A stretch of 64,000 bases of DNA from an uncultured delta proteobacterium (GCA_963745035.1 CAVUVW010000013.1:384001-448000); one strand, 5' to 3'; positions 34,232 through 46,388 are shown, counted from the first letter of the stretch. Numbers and translations are program-made. Notes: generated by a model not told the origin, from the sequence alone.

Positions 34232-35113
34232 CTAAGCACTCATCGGCGTCTTGGTGATGGTTTGAATAATCCGCTCTAGGTCGGCCAAGGCGTAATATTC
34301 GATTTCTATCTTGCCCTTACTTGAGCGCGCCTTCGGGATAAGGCGAACACGTGTTCCTAAAGCGCGCTGCAAATTTTCAACAATAGACTTCAAATCAGGA
34401 TCGATCACGGGCACGCCGCGGCGGCGTTTTCGGCCCACGAGCAGGAGCCGAACCATCTTTTCGGTTTCGCGGGTGGAAAGACCCTTGGCGATTACCTCGC
34501 GGCAAGCGGAAACGATTAAGGCTTCGGTGTGCAGACCGAGCAACGCCCGGGCCTGTCCCGCAGGCAGATTTCCTGCTGTAACTTCCTGCTGCACTTCGGG
34601 GGGCAAAGCGAGCAGGCGGAGCGAGTTAGCGATTGCCGGCCGGCTCTTGCCGACTCGTTCCGCCATCTCTTCTTGGCTCCATTGAAACTCCTCCTGCAGG
34701 CGCCGATACCCGCTCGCTTCTTCGATGGCGTTTAGATCCTCGCGCTGGAGATTTTCGACCAAGGCAAGTTGCAAAGCCTCATGATCGCTCGCGGCGCGCA
34801 CCACGACCGGCACTCGGCTGAGCCCAGCCTTCATGGCGGCGCGCCAACGCCGCTCGCCTGCGATCAACTCAAAGCCGTCGTTCTTGGGTCGGACGACCAG
34901 CGGTTGAATAATGCCTTGATTGCGAATGGACGCGGCCAGCTCTTCGATCTTCGCTTCATCGAAGGTGCGGCGCGGCTGAAACGGGCTCGGCGTAATGCGG
35001 TCGACCGCCACTTCGAGGGTCGCCCGCTGATCGCGACTTTCGTCGCTGGCTTGCGCGGCGCTCGGAATGAGCGCGCTGAGACCTCTACCCAAGCCCTTTT
35101 TCTGCGTCGACAT
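34232..35113 (-). CDS. parB: Chromosome partitioning protein ParB
   Basis: [19 protein letters not shown] and ENLQREDL. Confidence 0.95.
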   Translation of the reverse strand: MSTQKKGLGRGLSALIPSAAQASDESRDQRATLEVAVDRITPSPFQPRRTFDEAKIEELAASIRNQGIIQPLVVRPKNDGFELIAGERRWRAAMKAGLSRVPVVVRAASDHEALQLALVENLQREDLNAIEEASGYRRLQEEFQWSQEEMAERVGKSRPAIANSLRLLALPPEVQQEVTAGNLPAGQARALLGLHTEALIVSACREVIAKGLSTRETEKMVRLLLVGRKRRRGVPVIDPDLKSIVENLQRALGTRVRLIPKARSSKGKIEIEYYALADLERIIQTITKTPMSA

Positions 35114-35876
35114 AGTGCTCTCCACGGCTAATCAACTCCTTTGCTAAGTCTCGATAATCTTGCGCCCCGGTAGAGGCGGCATCGTACAGACAAATCGGTT
35201 TGCCGTAGCTCGGGCTCTCGCTCAGGCGCACGTTGCGGCGAATGATCGTGCGAAACAGCTTGTCGGGAAAGTGCGCGCGAATGTCCTCGACCACTTGATG
35301 AGAGATCCGATTACGGCTGTCGAACATCGTGATCACGATCCCTTCGAGCTTGAGTGTGGAATTCATGCCCTGCTGTACCAGCCTCATCGTCTCCAAAATC
35401 GCGCTTAGCCCCTCGAGCGCGTAGTACTCGCTCTGGATCGGAATCAACAGCGAGTCGGCGGCCGTCAGAGCGTTGAGAGTGAGCAACCCCAGCGACGGCG
35501 GGCAATCGAGCAAGACATAGTCATAATGAGCGCCAACGCCCGCCAGCGCTTCTTTGAGGCGATATTCTCTCCGGTCGGCACTCACCAACTCGACTTCGAC
35601 GCCGACGAGATCTTTGCTCGCCGGGATCAACATCAACTGGGGCAGCTCCGTCTGACGAAGCACTTCACCGAGAAAGCGGGTACCGTCCAACACTTGGTAG
35701 AGGCTATCCGCCAATTGCCGCTCAACGCCCAATCCCGTCGTCGTGTTGCCCTGAGGATCGAGGTCCACGAGCAAAGTTCGTTTCGCTTCCGAGGCGAGCG
35801 AGGCTGCCAGATTGATCGCTGTCGTAGTCTTGCCAACACCACCCTTTTGGTTCGCAATCGCAATGGTCCTATGCAC
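35085..35876 (-). CDS. parA: Chromosome partitioning ATPase ParA/Soj
   Basis: [18 protein letters not shown] and DCPPSLG. Confidence 0.95.
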   Translation of the reverse strand: MHRTIAIANQKGGVGKTTTAINLAASLASEAKRTLLVDLDPQGNTTTGLGVERQLADSLYQVLDGTRFLGEVLRQTELPQLMLIPASKDLVGVEVELVSADRREYRLKEALAGVGAHYDYVLLDCPPSLGLLTLNALTAADSLLIPIQSEYYALEGLSAILETMRLVQQGMNSTLKLEGIVITMFDSRNRISHQVVEDIRAHFPDKLFRTIIRRNVRLSESPSYGKPICLYDAASTGAQDYRDLAKELISRGEHYVDAEKGLG

Positions 35877-35966
35877 AAAAATCTCTGTAAAATCAGATAG
35901 TTATAAAGTTTAGGCCACTGCCGTAATAGATACCACAGTCGCAGCGGAATTGAAAGCAAAATAAAC

Positions 35967-35982
35967 CGTTTCACGTGAAACG
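35967..35982. other. parS site
   Basis: Perfect palindrome CGTTTCACGTGAAACG. Confidence 0.92.
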
Positions 35983-36079
35983 TGGTAGCCTAGGTGCGTG
36001 CTGCGATCGGAGATTGCCCGGACTTGGGGCCCGAGAGATCGCGCGTTCGATAGACGTAAGAACCCTAGAACCGAGCAGC

Positions 36080-37948
36080 TCAAGCGCTTTTTGCCTTGAT
36101 ATAAAACGAAAGGAGTGAAATGGCCGCCGGGGTGATTCCCGGGATACGCGCTGCTTGACCGAGCGAGCGCGGCTTGATCCTAGTCAGCTTCTCACAGACC
36201 TCACGGGAGAGTCCGCTGATGCGTGCGTAGTCGGTATTCTCCGGCAAACGTGCATGCTCCATCTTCTGGAAGCGTTCGACGATTTCCTGCTGTCGGGTTA
36301 CGTATCCCTGATATTTGATCTGGATTTCGACTTGAGCATCGACGTCCACCGGAAAACTCGGGATATCAGAGCGAAGGATTCTGAGTTGAGCGAGGGAGAG
36401 TTCCGGCCGTCGAAGTAGCTGTGCTAATGAGACTTGATTCCGCAGCGGCGCAGAGGGAAACGACTCGAGCAGCGAATTCGTTTCAGAGCTCGGCACAGCT
36501 TGGCTTCGCTCCAAATAGGAGGCTAACTCGAGAACAGCGCTCTGTTTGAGATCAACTCTCGCGAAGCTCTCATGACTAGCTAAACCGATCCTATGACCGA
36601 GCGAAGTCAGACGGAGATCGGCATTGTCTTCACGCAATAATAATCGGTATTCGGCTCGGGACGTGAACATGCGATAAGGCTCATCGTCGGTTCCTTTCGT
36701 GACCAAATCGTCGATCAACACACCGATATAAGCTTGCTCGCGCGACAATACCAAAGGTTCTTCGCCGCGCAGGCTAAGCACCGCATTGATTCCAGCTATA
36801 AGTCCCTGAGCCGCCGCTTCCTCGTAGCCCGTTGTGCCATTGATCTGACCGGCATGATAAAGACCGCGAACCGCCTTGGTCTCCAACGTCGGCTGAAGCT
36901 GGGTCGGCTCGAAAAAATCGTATTCGATGGCGTAGCCCGGCCGCATGATCTCCGCGGACTCGAGACCTTCGATCGAGCGCACCATTTCAATCTGCACGTC
37001 GAGAGGCAGACTCGTCGAGAGCCCGTTGGGATAGATCTCAACGGTGTCCAATCCCTCGGGCTCAAGAAATATCTGATGCCGCTCCTTGTCGGCGAAGCGA
37101 TGAATCTTGTCCTCAATGGAAGGACAATACCTTGGTCCGCGGCTCTTGATCACACCGGAATACATTGGCGAGCGATGGATGGCCTTCCGAATGATGTCAT
37201 GGGTCTTCTTGTTGGTATATGTAATATGGCAAGGAACCTGGCTCTGGGTAATCGTCGAGTTCGAAAACGAGAACGGCACCGGGCTTTCATCACCGGGCTG
37301 TTCGGTGAGCTTGGCGAAATCGATCGTGCGCGCATCGAGTCTTGGGCAGGTTCCGGTCTTGAGCCTGCCGACTTTGAACCCAAGCTTGACCAACGACTCG
37401 CTGAGACCATGGACGGCGAAATCCCCCGCACGGCCCGCAGAATAGTTCTTGTCGCCGATATGAATGAGCCCCTTCAGAAATGTTCCCGTCGTCAGAATCA
37501 CCCTACGACCAAAAAACTTTTCGCCGATCTGCGTCTCGACTCCCTTGACCTCGCCGTCCTCGACAACAAGGCTTTCAACGCTGCCTTGGCGCAGAGTCAG
37601 ACCAGCGGTATTTTCCAAAACGCGCTTCATCCGCTGACGATAAAGAGCCTTATCCGCCTGGGCTCGAGATGCACGCACCGCCGGCCCCTTCTTTGTGTTA
37701 AGGACGCGGAACTGAATTCCCGTGTCGTCGATTGCCCGACCCATCTCGCCGCCCAGCGCATCGATCTCCTTTACGAGATGCCCCTTGCCGATTCCGCCGA
37801 TCGCGGGGTTGCAGGACATTTGGCCGATGTGGTCTAGATTCAACGTCAACATCAACGTCGAACAGCCCATCCGGGCCGAGGCCAAACAAGCCTCGATACC
37901 GCCATGCCCAGCACCGACGACGATCACATCGAAAACTTTGTCGCTCAT
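36080..37948 (-). CDS. mnmG: tRNA U34 carboxymethylaminomethyl modification enzyme MnmG (GidA)
   Basis: [27 protein letters not shown] and [14 protein letters not shown]. Confidence 0.97.
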   Translation of the reverse strand: MSDKVFDVIVVGAGHGGIEACLASARMGCSTLMLTLNLDHIGQMSCNPAIGGIGKGHLVKEIDALGGEMGRAIDDTGIQFRVLNTKKGPAVRASRAQADKALYRQRMKRVLENTAGLTLRQGSVESLVVEDGEVKGVETQIGEKFFGRRVILTTGTFLKGLIHIGDKNYSAGRAGDFAVHGLSESLVKLGFKVGRLKTGTCPRLDARTIDFAKLTEQPGDESPVPFSFSNSTITQSQVPCHITYTNKKTHDIIRKAIHRSPMYSGVIKSRGPRYCPSIEDKIHRFADKERHQIFLEPEGLDTVEIYPNGLSTSLPLDVQIEMVRSIEGLESAEIMRPGYAIEYDFFEPTQLQPTLETKAVRGLYHAGQINGTTGYEEAAAQGLIAGINAVLSLRGEEPLVLSREQAYIGVLIDDLVTKGTDDEPYRMFTSRAEYRLLLREDNADLRLTSLGHRIGLASHESFARVDLKQSAVLELASYLERSQAVPSSETNSLLESFPSAPLRNQVSLAQLLRRPELSLAQLRILRSDIPSFPVDVDAQVEIQIKYQGYVTRQQEIVERFQKMEHARLPENTDYARISGLSREVCEKLTRIKPRSLGQAARIPGITPAAISLLSFYIKAKSA

Positions 37949-37964
37949 AGTTTCACGTGAAACA
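37949..37964. other. parS site abutting the mnmG start codon
   Basis: AGTTTCACGTGAAACA. Confidence 0.9.
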
Positions 37965-38021
37965 TTTCTGTTAAATCAATTTCAATTGCTTATTATTATA
38001 TGTATGATATTTATTATAAGA

Positions 38022-39399
38022 CTATTTTCCAATACAAAATTCTGCAAAAATACGTTCTAAAATATCATCGTTCTGAATTACTCCAGTGATTTCTTCGAGC
38101 GCAGCGCGGGCCTCGTTCAGATCCATCGCAACAAACTCAGGCGCATAGCCTTCCCCGAGCGAAGTCGCGGCGCGGCTTAGCGCAAACTGGCTTCGCTCAA
38201 GAGCGCTCCGATGTCGCAAATTGGTGATCACAACAGGCGTCTCCATTTCCGCATCTAGAGACGAGATCGCGCAAGCTTTGTTTGAGCGCAGCGATTCCTT
38301 CGCCGGTCTTTGCTGATACGGAGCGCACGTTGCGCCCGCCTACGAGCCGCCCAAGCTCGTTTACAGCGAGGCGCGTTGGCAAGTCCGCTTTGTTGATCAC
38401 GACAAGAATTTTTTTCGACGCCACCTGATCGAGTAACGACTTGTCATCCGTCGCCAGGGGCTGTGAGCCATCGAGAACCACGAGAACTGCATCGGCCTTG
38501 CTCACATGATGACGGCTGAGATCCACCCCGATACGCTCGATCTGATCCTCGCTCTCACGGATGCCGGCAGTATCCCAGAGCCGCGCAGGCAAACCATCGA
38601 GGCTGATCGCTTCTTCGATGACATCGCGGGTCGTCCCCGCTATCGGCGTTACGATCGCCCGGTCTTCGCCAAGCAAAGCATTCAGCAAACTCGATTTGCC
38701 GACGTTCGGGCGGCCGCAAATGCACACCGCAGCACCTTCCCGAAACAGCCTTCCCCAATCATAAGTATTTGAAATATCGTTAATTTTTCGGCTCAGGGCC
38801 GTGATCCTGTCGATCAGTTCGGAGCGCCGCAGGAGCTCGATTTCTTCTTCCGGAAAATCGATAGCCGCTTCGACCTGAACCAAAATGTCCAGAAGCCTTT
38901 CGCGCAACTCCACCACCCACTGCGACAGAACGCCATTGACTTGATCGAGCGCCATCCCCGCGCTCTTGTCAGTGCGCGCGCGGATGAGATCGAGCACCGC
39001 CTCAGCCTGAGCAAGATCCAGCCGTCCGTTGAGAAACGCGCGTTTGGTAAATTCCCCGGGCTCCGCTTGCCGAGCGCCCTGCCTGAGCGCGAGTCCCAAG
39101 ACCTCTCGCACAACATACGCGCCGCCATGGCAGTGAATCTCGACAACGTCCTCGCCGGTGTAGCTGCGCGGTTTGCGCATAATCGTCAGCAGCACTTCAT
39201 CGAGAATGCGTTCGTTTTGTGGATCGCGGATTTTGCCGTAGTGAAGGGTGTGCGACTTGAGCCTGCCGTTCTTACTACTAGGGCGAGTAAAGATCCGCTC
39301 CGCGATCGCTCCGGCATCAACGCCGCTGATCCGAATGATTGCGACACCGCCTTCGCCGGGCGGTGTTGCGATCGCTGCAATGGTATCTTCGCGGTACAT
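38022..39399 (-). CDS. mnmE: tRNA modification GTPase MnmE (TrmE), frameshift near 38250
   Basis: DTIAAIATPPG, GRPNVGKSS, DTAG, NKAD and C-terminal FCIGK. Confidence 0.95.
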
Positions 39400-39482
39400 G
39401 GAAAAGCCGCATCATCTTAACAACTCCGCGGCTTTAGGCAACGCTCGCGAAAATGAACGCAGAACCGGATGAAGACGAGTGG

Positions 39483-40466
39483 CTAGTTACCGTACAACTT
39501 CTTCACGAAGCCGCTGTCTTCGATTTCTTTCAAGATCGAAGCATCGATAAAATCCTGCGGCTTCAAACCCTTGGCTTCCGGCCGGGTCTTGGCGAGATGA
39601 TCGATTATGGTTTGAATGCCGGGTGCGGTCGGATAGGGCACCGCCGGTATGAGTCTCTGAGCATAGTCGTCGTAGGTATCGTTCATCAGCGATACATCGC
39701 TCATGCGCGCGTATTTCTTGAGGGTATTGAGCGCAAGTTCTTTCTTCGTCTTGAACGCGTGAATCGCTTCGACGTATGCTCTCATAAATCGCACGACGAT
39801 CTCGCGCCGGTCGCGAATGTAGCTTTTCCGTGTACCGATACCGTGTAGTGTGTAAGGAGCATTCAACCGGCTGAGATCGGCGACAACGCTGAATCCCTCG
39901 CGCTGTGCGATCGTAGTGAACGGCTCCGAGATGGTCGCGGCATCCACCCCCTTGTTCTGCAGCGCCATCAAAGCTTCGCCCTCGCCGCCGACCTGGAGGA
40001 TGCCCACATCCTTATCCGGCACCAGCCCCCAACGGTCGAGAGCGTAACGCAGAGAGAAATCGCTGGCGCCGCCTAAACGCGAAATAGAGACACGTTTCCC
40101 CTTGAGCTGGCTCGGATCTTTGATACCCGGCTGGCCGATAATCTTGAAAACGAACGTGCTGATCGTCGAGGTGATCCCGACGAAATCGCCGCCTGCCATA
40201 TTGGCATTGATATTAGCCACTCCCCCGCTCGTCATGAACTGAATTTCGCCGGCCAGCGCCGCTTGAACCGCCCGCGAGCTAACCGGAATCATTAGGACTT
40301 CCGCGTCGAGACCATGTTTTCGCGGCAGATCCAAATCTTTCATCATGTAGACCGGCGTCATTTGAATGTTGATCGAGGTGTAGCCCATGCGGACTTTTGG
40401 CAACCCTTGCGCGCACACAAAAGAAGGCCAACCAAGAACTAATACCAAAAAGAAAAGTCTCTTCAT
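39483..40466 (-). CDS. ABC transporter substrate-binding protein (NMT1/SsuA-like)
   Basis: Signal peptide; LKGKRVSISRLGGASD; FIDASILKEIEDSGF. Confidence 0.85.
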   Translation of the reverse strand: MKRLFFLVLVLGWPSFVCAQGLPKVRMGYTSINIQMTPVYMMKDLDLPRKHGLDAEVLMIPVSSRAVQAALAGEIQFMTSGGVANINANMAGGDFVGITSTISTFVFKIIGQPGIKDPSQLKGKRVSISRLGGASDFSLRYALDRWGLVPDKDVGILQVGGEGEALMALQNKGVDAATISEPFTTIAQREGFSVVADLSRLNAPYTLHGIGTRKSYIRDRREIVVRFMRAYVEAIHAFKTKKELALNTLKKYARMSDVSLMNDTYDDYAQRLIPAVPYPTAPGIQTIIDHLAKTRPEAKGLKPQDFIDASILKEIEDSGFVKKLYGN

Positions 40467-40600
40467 GACTGTGTCTCCCAATATCAGAACGCCAAAGCGT
40501 CCACTTGCTGGCGCTCCGTTTCATAACACAGGATGGTCTTCTGAGGGAACTTAGTCACCATGTTGTGTCGTGAGGAACGCCGGAGATTATTGCGCCAAAT

Positions 40601-40640
40601 AAAAAAGCCACGTCCGGTGCGACCCGAACGTGGCTTTTTA
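40601..40640 (-). terminator. Intrinsic terminator, potentially bidirectional
   Basis: AAAAAAGCCACGT ... ACGTGGCTTTTT. Confidence 0.8.
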
Positions 40641-40655
40641 GCAGGAAAGAAGACC

Positions 40656-42319
40656 TTACCTTCTGACCATCGTCAACGTCGCGCTCTTCGTGACGCCGCC
40701 GCACGACGCGCTGATGGTCGCATTGATCTTCTTGTTGGTCGCCGTCGTAGGAATGTTGAAAGCCACCGAGCTCGCGCCCGCCGGAACCGTCACGCTGGCC
40801 GCAACAATGGCTTTCGTCGGCTTCGTGCTCGAAAGAGTAACGAGCACGGGACTCGACGTTATTTTGTTGAGAGCGACCGTCCCAACTGAAGTCGTCCCGC
40901 CGACCACGGTCTTAGGATTCAACGTTAGAGAAGAGAGCACAGCAGGTGCAATGGGCGCAGGAGCAGTGACCGTCACTGTTACCGACTTGGTTACACCGGC
41001 ATAGGTGGCGGTAATGTTGCCGGCCGTCGTAGAACTCACAGCGGAGGTAGTTACAGTAAAGTTTGCCGCCGACGCAGCCTCGGGAATAGTAACGGAATTC
41101 GGTACCGCCGCTGCGGGATTGGCGCTCGCTAAACTTACCACCGCACCACCCGTCGGCGCTGAACCCGAGAGAGTCACTGTCCCGGTTGTTGATTGACCCC
41201 CGGCAACGCTTGACGGGCTGACACTTACCGACGTTAACGCTGCGGCAGGGGCAGTCGAAGGATTGTAGCCGAGTTGGATGACTTCGAAGTCGCTTGCCGT
41301 AAGATTTCTAAAGGCCGGATTCAGAATATCATTGTTCCAGCGCGTGTCGTGGGTGCCGCGTAATGTACATGTCCGAGCCATTGTCCGCCACGATCAAGCC
41401 GTACGCTCTGCATCGCGCGAAAGATTTTTTGCATGTTTGGATCGCTGGTTCGCTGCGTCACATCGACGCTTGCCTTCAGGCGCAAGCGCGCGCCCATGGG
41501 CAGTGCGCCCGATGTCGAACCGGCCCGATGCGAAGCCGGATAGACGTAACCATTGGTCGCCCGCACCGTCACCCGAAAAGCATGGCGAATCTCTGTCACG
41601 TTCGGATCGTAGACTTCCTCGTAGCGAACCAGGCCGGGGAGAATTGCCAGTCCGGCGGCGTCCGCGGACGTCCAGGTATCCGGCCGGCGATTGTTGGTGT
41701 TCATGTCGAAGAACGCGCCCGAGCCGGCGTACCATTTTCCTAGAGTGGAATTGTAGTAGACATTGTAAAGCTCGTAGAGATGATTGCGATCCTTATCGAC
41801 GATCAGCAGGTGGCGGTCCTGGCTGCTGCGCAGATCGACGTTGCCCGGATCGCCGCCCTCGACCCATGACGGCTGAGTGATCGCTTCCGGCGGAATCGGG
41901 TAAAACGGAAAACTCGTGTTGGTCGCGTGATCGACGCCGTCACTCTCTCTCGAATATTGAAACTGCACCGCCTTGAGATCCGCATTGGTGACATTGGTCA
42001 CGGTAGCGTACGGCATGCCGTAGATCGCATTTCCGGTGCCCGCGTTGCCGCCGAAGTCGGGATGCAATCGCCGTGTGCCGCCGTTGTTGATGAAGGAAAT
42101 GAAACTCGCTGAATTCGCGTCCACCGGCCAGTTGCTGATATCCAAGTTCCACCAGTTGTCCGGCGGAAAGAGCGGCAGCGGCTGTGGCAAGGCGCCGCCA
42201 CGCGCGGAATCCATCGCCAACGCCGGAACCGTCGAGCCGGCCAGGAAGGTCACCACCGTCAGCAGCGCCACCATGGATTGCCACTTGCGCGACAAAAAAC
42301 GAAACAGAAGTCTTTTCAC
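40656..42319 (-). CDS. Secreted protein: conserved uncharacterised N-domain plus two Ser/Thr-rich Ig-like repeats, frameshift near 41400
   Basis: Signal peptide; WTSADAAGL, DRHLLIVD and PMGARLRLK; repeats ALTSVSVSPSSVAGG and VLSSLTLNPKTVVGG. Confidence 0.7.
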
Positions 42320-42358
42320 GCCAGCCTCCTCGAAGCAAAAATTGTCTCCGGGATCGGC

Positions 42359-42373
42359 GCAAGCGACATGCCA
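42359..42373 (-). promoter_or_regulatory. Putative sigma-54 promoter
   Basis: Minus strand TGGCATGTCGCTTGC, 40 bp upstream of the start codon. Confidence 0.65.
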
Positions 42374-42517
42374 CTACGAGGTACGACACACCCTCGCGCA
42401 AACGCTACCAATTATTCCTTAAAGACAACGACAATCGACACCGTCCGACAAGAGCGAGCGGACAGTTTTGCAATCGATGTTGTTGGGCGGGATCGGATCA
42501 GAAACTAGACAAGCTTG

Positions 42518-43675
42518 TCAGGCGGCGCCTAAGGTTTTCTGGCGGATGGCCATTTCTTCGACTCCGGAAAACGCGAACCGGTGGAGCGCTTCTTGATCGA
42601 GCTCGACGCCGAGACCCGGTCGCTCTGGTGGGATGAGATAGCCGCTTCTCGACTTTGAACGGCTCGCGCAATAACTCCTCGCGCAGCGGATTATAGGTGT
42701 AGTCGAGCTCCATGACGATGCAATCCTTCAGCGCCGCAGCGAGATGCACACTTGCGGCCAGCGCCACGCCGTCGCCCCAGGTGTGAAACGAAACTGGAAT
42801 CTTGTGCCGTGCCGCGAGCTCGGTGATGCGCACGGATCTCGGTGATACCGCCCGCGCGGGCGACGTCCGGCTGAATGAAATCCACCGCGCCGCGGAGAAT
42901 GAAATTTTCGAAGGCATAGTAGGTATGCAAATTCTCGCCGACGGCGATCGGCACTTTGGTCTTCTCGCGCAGCGCTGCATGTCCTGCGATATCTTCGACG
43001 AAGAGCGGCTCTTCGAGCCAGAACGCGCCGCAATCGGCAAACGCCGCCGCCGCTTCGAGTCCCACGTCCAGCGTATAACCCTGGTTCGCGTCAGTCATGA
43101 CGACGAAGTCTTTGCCGAGCTCGGCGCGTACCGCGCGCACGATGCGAATATCTTGCTCGAGGTCGAAGCCGACCTTGATCTTGACGCCGTGGAAGCCCTG
43201 GTCGGCAAACGCGCGCGCCCGCGCGGCAACTTTCGTCGGTTCTTCAGGATAAAGAGCCGTGGCATAGACAGGAACTTTGTCCCGGCACTTGCCTCCCAAG
43301 AGCTGATAAACCGGAACACCGCGCACTTTGCCGAGAATATCCCACAGCGCGACATCGATGCCGCTCAGCGCCACGACGCCGATGCCGCGCGTGCCGAACT
43401 CTTTGTGCCCGCCGCGCACGTAGGCCGTATCCCAGATGGCGCCGATGTCTGTGGGGTCCATGCCGAGCGAGCAACGGCTTTAGAATTTTACTGACGATGA
43501 CCTCGATCAGCTCGCCGTTGCCGGAGCAAGAGCCGATGCCGGAGACGCCCTCATTCGTTTCGACCTGGACGAGAGTAGCCGAGCGCGTATTTCTCACGCC
43601 CGAGCGGCTGAAAACCTGACCTTCGGCGGGAATGCTCGCGCGTAGGCGAATCGTCCTGATGTCGGTGATTTTCAC
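42518..43675 (-). CDS. Mandelate racemase/muconate lactonizing enzyme family, frameshifts near 43470, 42830 and 42640
   Basis: GIDVALWDILGK, KIKVG, TDANQ, WLEEP, VGEN and QPDVAR. Confidence 0.88.
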
Positions 43676-43680
43676 GGCTG

Positions 43681-44115
43681 CTATTTCATTTCCCAGAATT
43701 GCCCATCGACGACTTGGCCGTCCACGACTACAAAATCGACTTCTTCATCGGTTCTCTTGTTGCCTTCCGAGTCGACGCGCAAAACTTTCGGCTTGTTGCC
43801 TTTCTTGGCGCTCACCCGAAACAGCGCAAGCGGTTTATCGCCCGTGCTCTGAAAATAGTAGTAATGGTTCTCCGGCAGCATGATACCTTCGCCTTTGTTG
43901 AGCACCGTCGGCTGATGGTCTTTGTTATAGAAAGTCGCCTGGCCGTCCATCACGACAAACGTATGATCTTCGCCTGGATGGGTGTGTAGCTTATTTTTCC
44001 GTCCAGGGATGTAATAGTTGAGCCCGATCGTCATGTGCTCGGTCTTCGCCAGCGGGATATGGCTTCGCCCCCCGTCGATATGCGGCGTTTTCAGTTTGAA
44101 TGTGGAAGCTTCCAT
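43681..44115 (-). CDS. Cupin domain protein
   Basis: LHTHPGEDHTFVVMDG motif. Confidence 0.8.
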   Translation of the reverse strand: MEASTFKLKTPHIDGGRSHIPLAKTEHMTIGLNYYIPGRKNKLHTHPGEDHTFVVMDGQATFYNKDHQPTVLNKGEGIMLPENHYYYFQSTGDKPLALFRVSAKKGNKPKVLRVDSEGNKRTDEEVDFVVVDGQVVDGQFWEMK

Positions 44116-44204
44116 GGTCGTTCCTCCTTTTGCTCTCGTATATCGCAGCCCGGGAAACTTGAAAAGGGCCGGACGGTTGGTCTATTTTGCTCTGATCCGA
44201 CGCA

Positions 44205-44242
44205 TTGAACTGCTTGAACGTCTTAAACGATTTGAACAGGTT
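44205..44242. repeat. 9-bp-period array (TTGAAC)
   Basis: TTGAACTGC TTGAACGTC TTAAACGAT TTGAACAGG. Confidence 0.65.
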
Positions 44243-44253
44243 AAGGAGACATC

Positions 44254-45162
44254 ATGGCCAACATCGGACTCGCCTGGGTCACCGCCGCGCCTCTGACCAA
44301 ACCGGAGAATGTCATCAACTTCGCCAAGCAATGCGAGAAGATGGGCTGTCACTCCATGTGGACCATCGATCGCGTTGCGTACGACAATCTTGAGCCCTTG
44401 ACTATTCTCGCTGCGGCAGCCGGAGCGACGCAGAAAATCCGCCTGGGCACTTCCGTGTTGCTCGCCAATCTGCGTCATCCAAGCCATGTTGCCAAGATCG
44501 TCGCCACCTTGGACTTTATTTCTAATGGCCGCGTCACTCTCGGCCTCGGTTTCGGCAGCCGTGAGAACGATTACAAGGCTGTCGAGGTTCCGTTCGAGCA
44601 CCGCGGCAGCCGGGCGGTAGAGCAGGTGCAGCTTATGAAGCGCCTGTGGACCGAAGACAACGTCACCCACAGGGGCAAATTCTACAACGTCGAGAATCTG
44701 ACCTTGGGACCGCGCCCCATTCAGAAACCTCATCCTCCGATCTGGACCGGCGGCAGCGCCGAGGTCGCGCTCAAACGCGCCGGCACTTGGGCCGATGGTT
44801 TTATCTGCGGCAGCTCGGCGATTCCGGATTTCCCGGCGACCTGGGAAAAGATCAGCGGCTACGCCAAGACTGCCGGACGAGATCCGAACAAAATCACCAA
44901 AGCCGGTCTGACGTTCATGGCGATCAACGATGACCAGGCCAAAGCAGTCAAGACTGTCGAAGACTATGTCATGCGCTACTACGGGCGGCTGCGCGCCGAC
45001 GTCGCCGACACTTCGCTCGTCGGCTCGCCTGCCGCCATCGTCGATCGGATCGGCGCGTTCTTATCTCGCGGCCTCGATACCCTGATTATCGGCGTCGCCG
45101 ATCCCGATCCGCGCCAGCTCGATTTGTTCGGCGAGAAGATATTGCCGCGACTCAAATCGTAA
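44254..45162 (+). CDS. LLM class flavin-dependent oxidoreductase
   Basis: IRLGTSVL, SNGRVTLGLG and PPIWTGG. Confidence 0.9.
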   Translation: MANIGLAWVTAAPLTKPENVINFAKQCEKMGCHSMWTIDRVAYDNLEPLTILAAAAGATQKIRLGTSVLLANLRHPSHVAKIVATLDFISNGRVTLGLGFGSRENDYKAVEVPFEHRGSRAVEQVQLMKRLWTEDNVTHRGKFYNVENLTLGPRPIQKPHPPIWTGGSAEVALKRAGTWADGFICGSSAIPDFPATWEKISGYAKTAGRDPNKITKAGLTFMAINDDQAKAVKTVEDYVMRYYGRLRADVADTSLVGSPAAIVDRIGAFLSRGLDTLIIGVADPDPRQLDLFGEKILPRLKS

Positions 45163-45236
45163 TCATCCGCTCGCGAAACTTGGCGACTAATCGCGGCGTC
45201 GTGCGCAACATGAAGGCCTTAGCTCTCGGCGCTTGT

Positions 45237-45266
45237 TTGACATAATTTCCCGCCGTCGAGTACTCT
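45237..45266 (+). promoter_or_regulatory. Possible sigma-70 promoter of the DAHP synthase gene
   Basis: TTGACA-N18-TACTCT. Confidence 0.4.
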
Positions 45267-45368
45267 GTATGGTGAAATGCGCGATCGCTCTTCCTCGATA
45301 CGCAGCCCATCGGGTTTTCAAAGGACGCTGCTGCGCGATATGAAAAATCTTAGGTTGCAAACCACGCT

Positions 45369-46388
45369 ATGAAAACTGACGATCTTCGTATCGTCAAAAC
45401 CCGGCCGCTCCTCGCGCCCGCCATACTCGCCGAAGAGATTCCCCTCACCGACGCCGCGTCAACGACAGTCTACGAGGCGCGCCGCGCGATCGAGGCGATC
45501 CTCGACTGCAAGAATGACCGGCTTCTCGTCGTTGTCGGGCCTTGCTCGGTGCATGACACCAAAGCCGCTCTGGAATACGCAACCAAGCTCAAACCAATCG
45601 CGGACGCACTATCCGATTCGCTACTCGTGGTCATGCGCGTCTACTTCGAAAAGCCGCGGACAGTCGTCGGCTGGAAGGGCCTCATCAACGACCCGGATCT
45701 CAATGAGTCCTACCACATTAACAAAGGCTTGCGCCTCGCTCGAAGATTGCTGGCTGATATTTTGGAGCTTGGGGTTCCTGCCGGCACTGAGTTTCTCGAT
45801 ACGACTTTTGGTCAGTTCTATGCCGATCTCATCAGTTGGGGCGCGATCGGCGCCCGCACCGCGGAGAGCCAGATACACCGCGAGCTCGCGTCGGGCTTGT
45901 CGATGCCGGTCGGCATAAAAAATCGCACCGACGGTAACGTCCAGGTGGCCGTGGACGCGATACTCGCCGCACGTAGCCGCCACCTCTTCCCATCCCTCAC
46001 CAAGGAAGGCGCGCCCGCCATTCTGGAAACCACCGGCAATCCTTACGCTCATCTCGTGCTCCGTGGCGGAAGTGAGACCGGGCCCAATTTCGATGCCGCC
46101 TCGATTGAAGGCGCGATTCGCCTGCTTCGCGCCGCCCAGCTTCCAGAGATCCTCATGGTGGACTGCAGCCACGGCAATAGCGAAAAGGATGCAGCACGGC
46201 AGATCGATGTGGCGGATGCGATTATACAAACCTTGAAAGATTCACCGATCCGCGCGCTCATGATCGAGAGCCACCTTGTGGCCGGCCGTCAGAATGCCCC
46301 CGTAACGTACGGCCAGAGCATCACCGATGCATGTCTCGGCTTCGAGGAAACGGAAGCCTTACTCTATCGCCTTGCCGGCGCCGTCTAG
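45369..46388 (+). CDS. 3-deoxy-7-phosphoheptulonate (DAHP) synthase, class I-alpha
   Basis: VGPCSVHD, YFEKPRTVVGWKG, IGARTAESQIHRE and DCSHGNS. Confidence 0.93.
   Translation: MKTDDLRIVKTRPLLAPAILAEEIPLTDAASTTVYEARRAIEAILDCKNDRLLVVVGPCSVHDTKAALEYATKLKPIADALSDSLLVVMRVYFEKPRTVVGWKGLINDPDLNESYHINKGLRLARRLLADILELGVPAGTEFLDTTFGQFYADLISWGAIGARTAESQIHRELASGLSMPVGIKNRTDGNVQVAVDAILAARSRHLFPSLTKEGAPAILETTGNPYAHLVLRGGSETGPNFDAASIEGAIRLLRAAQLPEILMVDCSHGNSEKDAARQIDVADAIIQTLKDSPIRALMIESHLVAGRQNAPVTYGQSITDACLGFEETEALLYRLAGAV

Noticed and set aside
37965-38021. AT-rich tract as the oriC unwinding element
   Set aside because: No DnaA-box cluster (TTATCCACA) seen nearby, and dnaA is not in the window.
45269-45343. 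Attenuator leader peptide for the DAHP synthase gene
   Set aside because: The short ORF lacks a run of Phe/Tyr/Trp codons and has no terminator hairpin.
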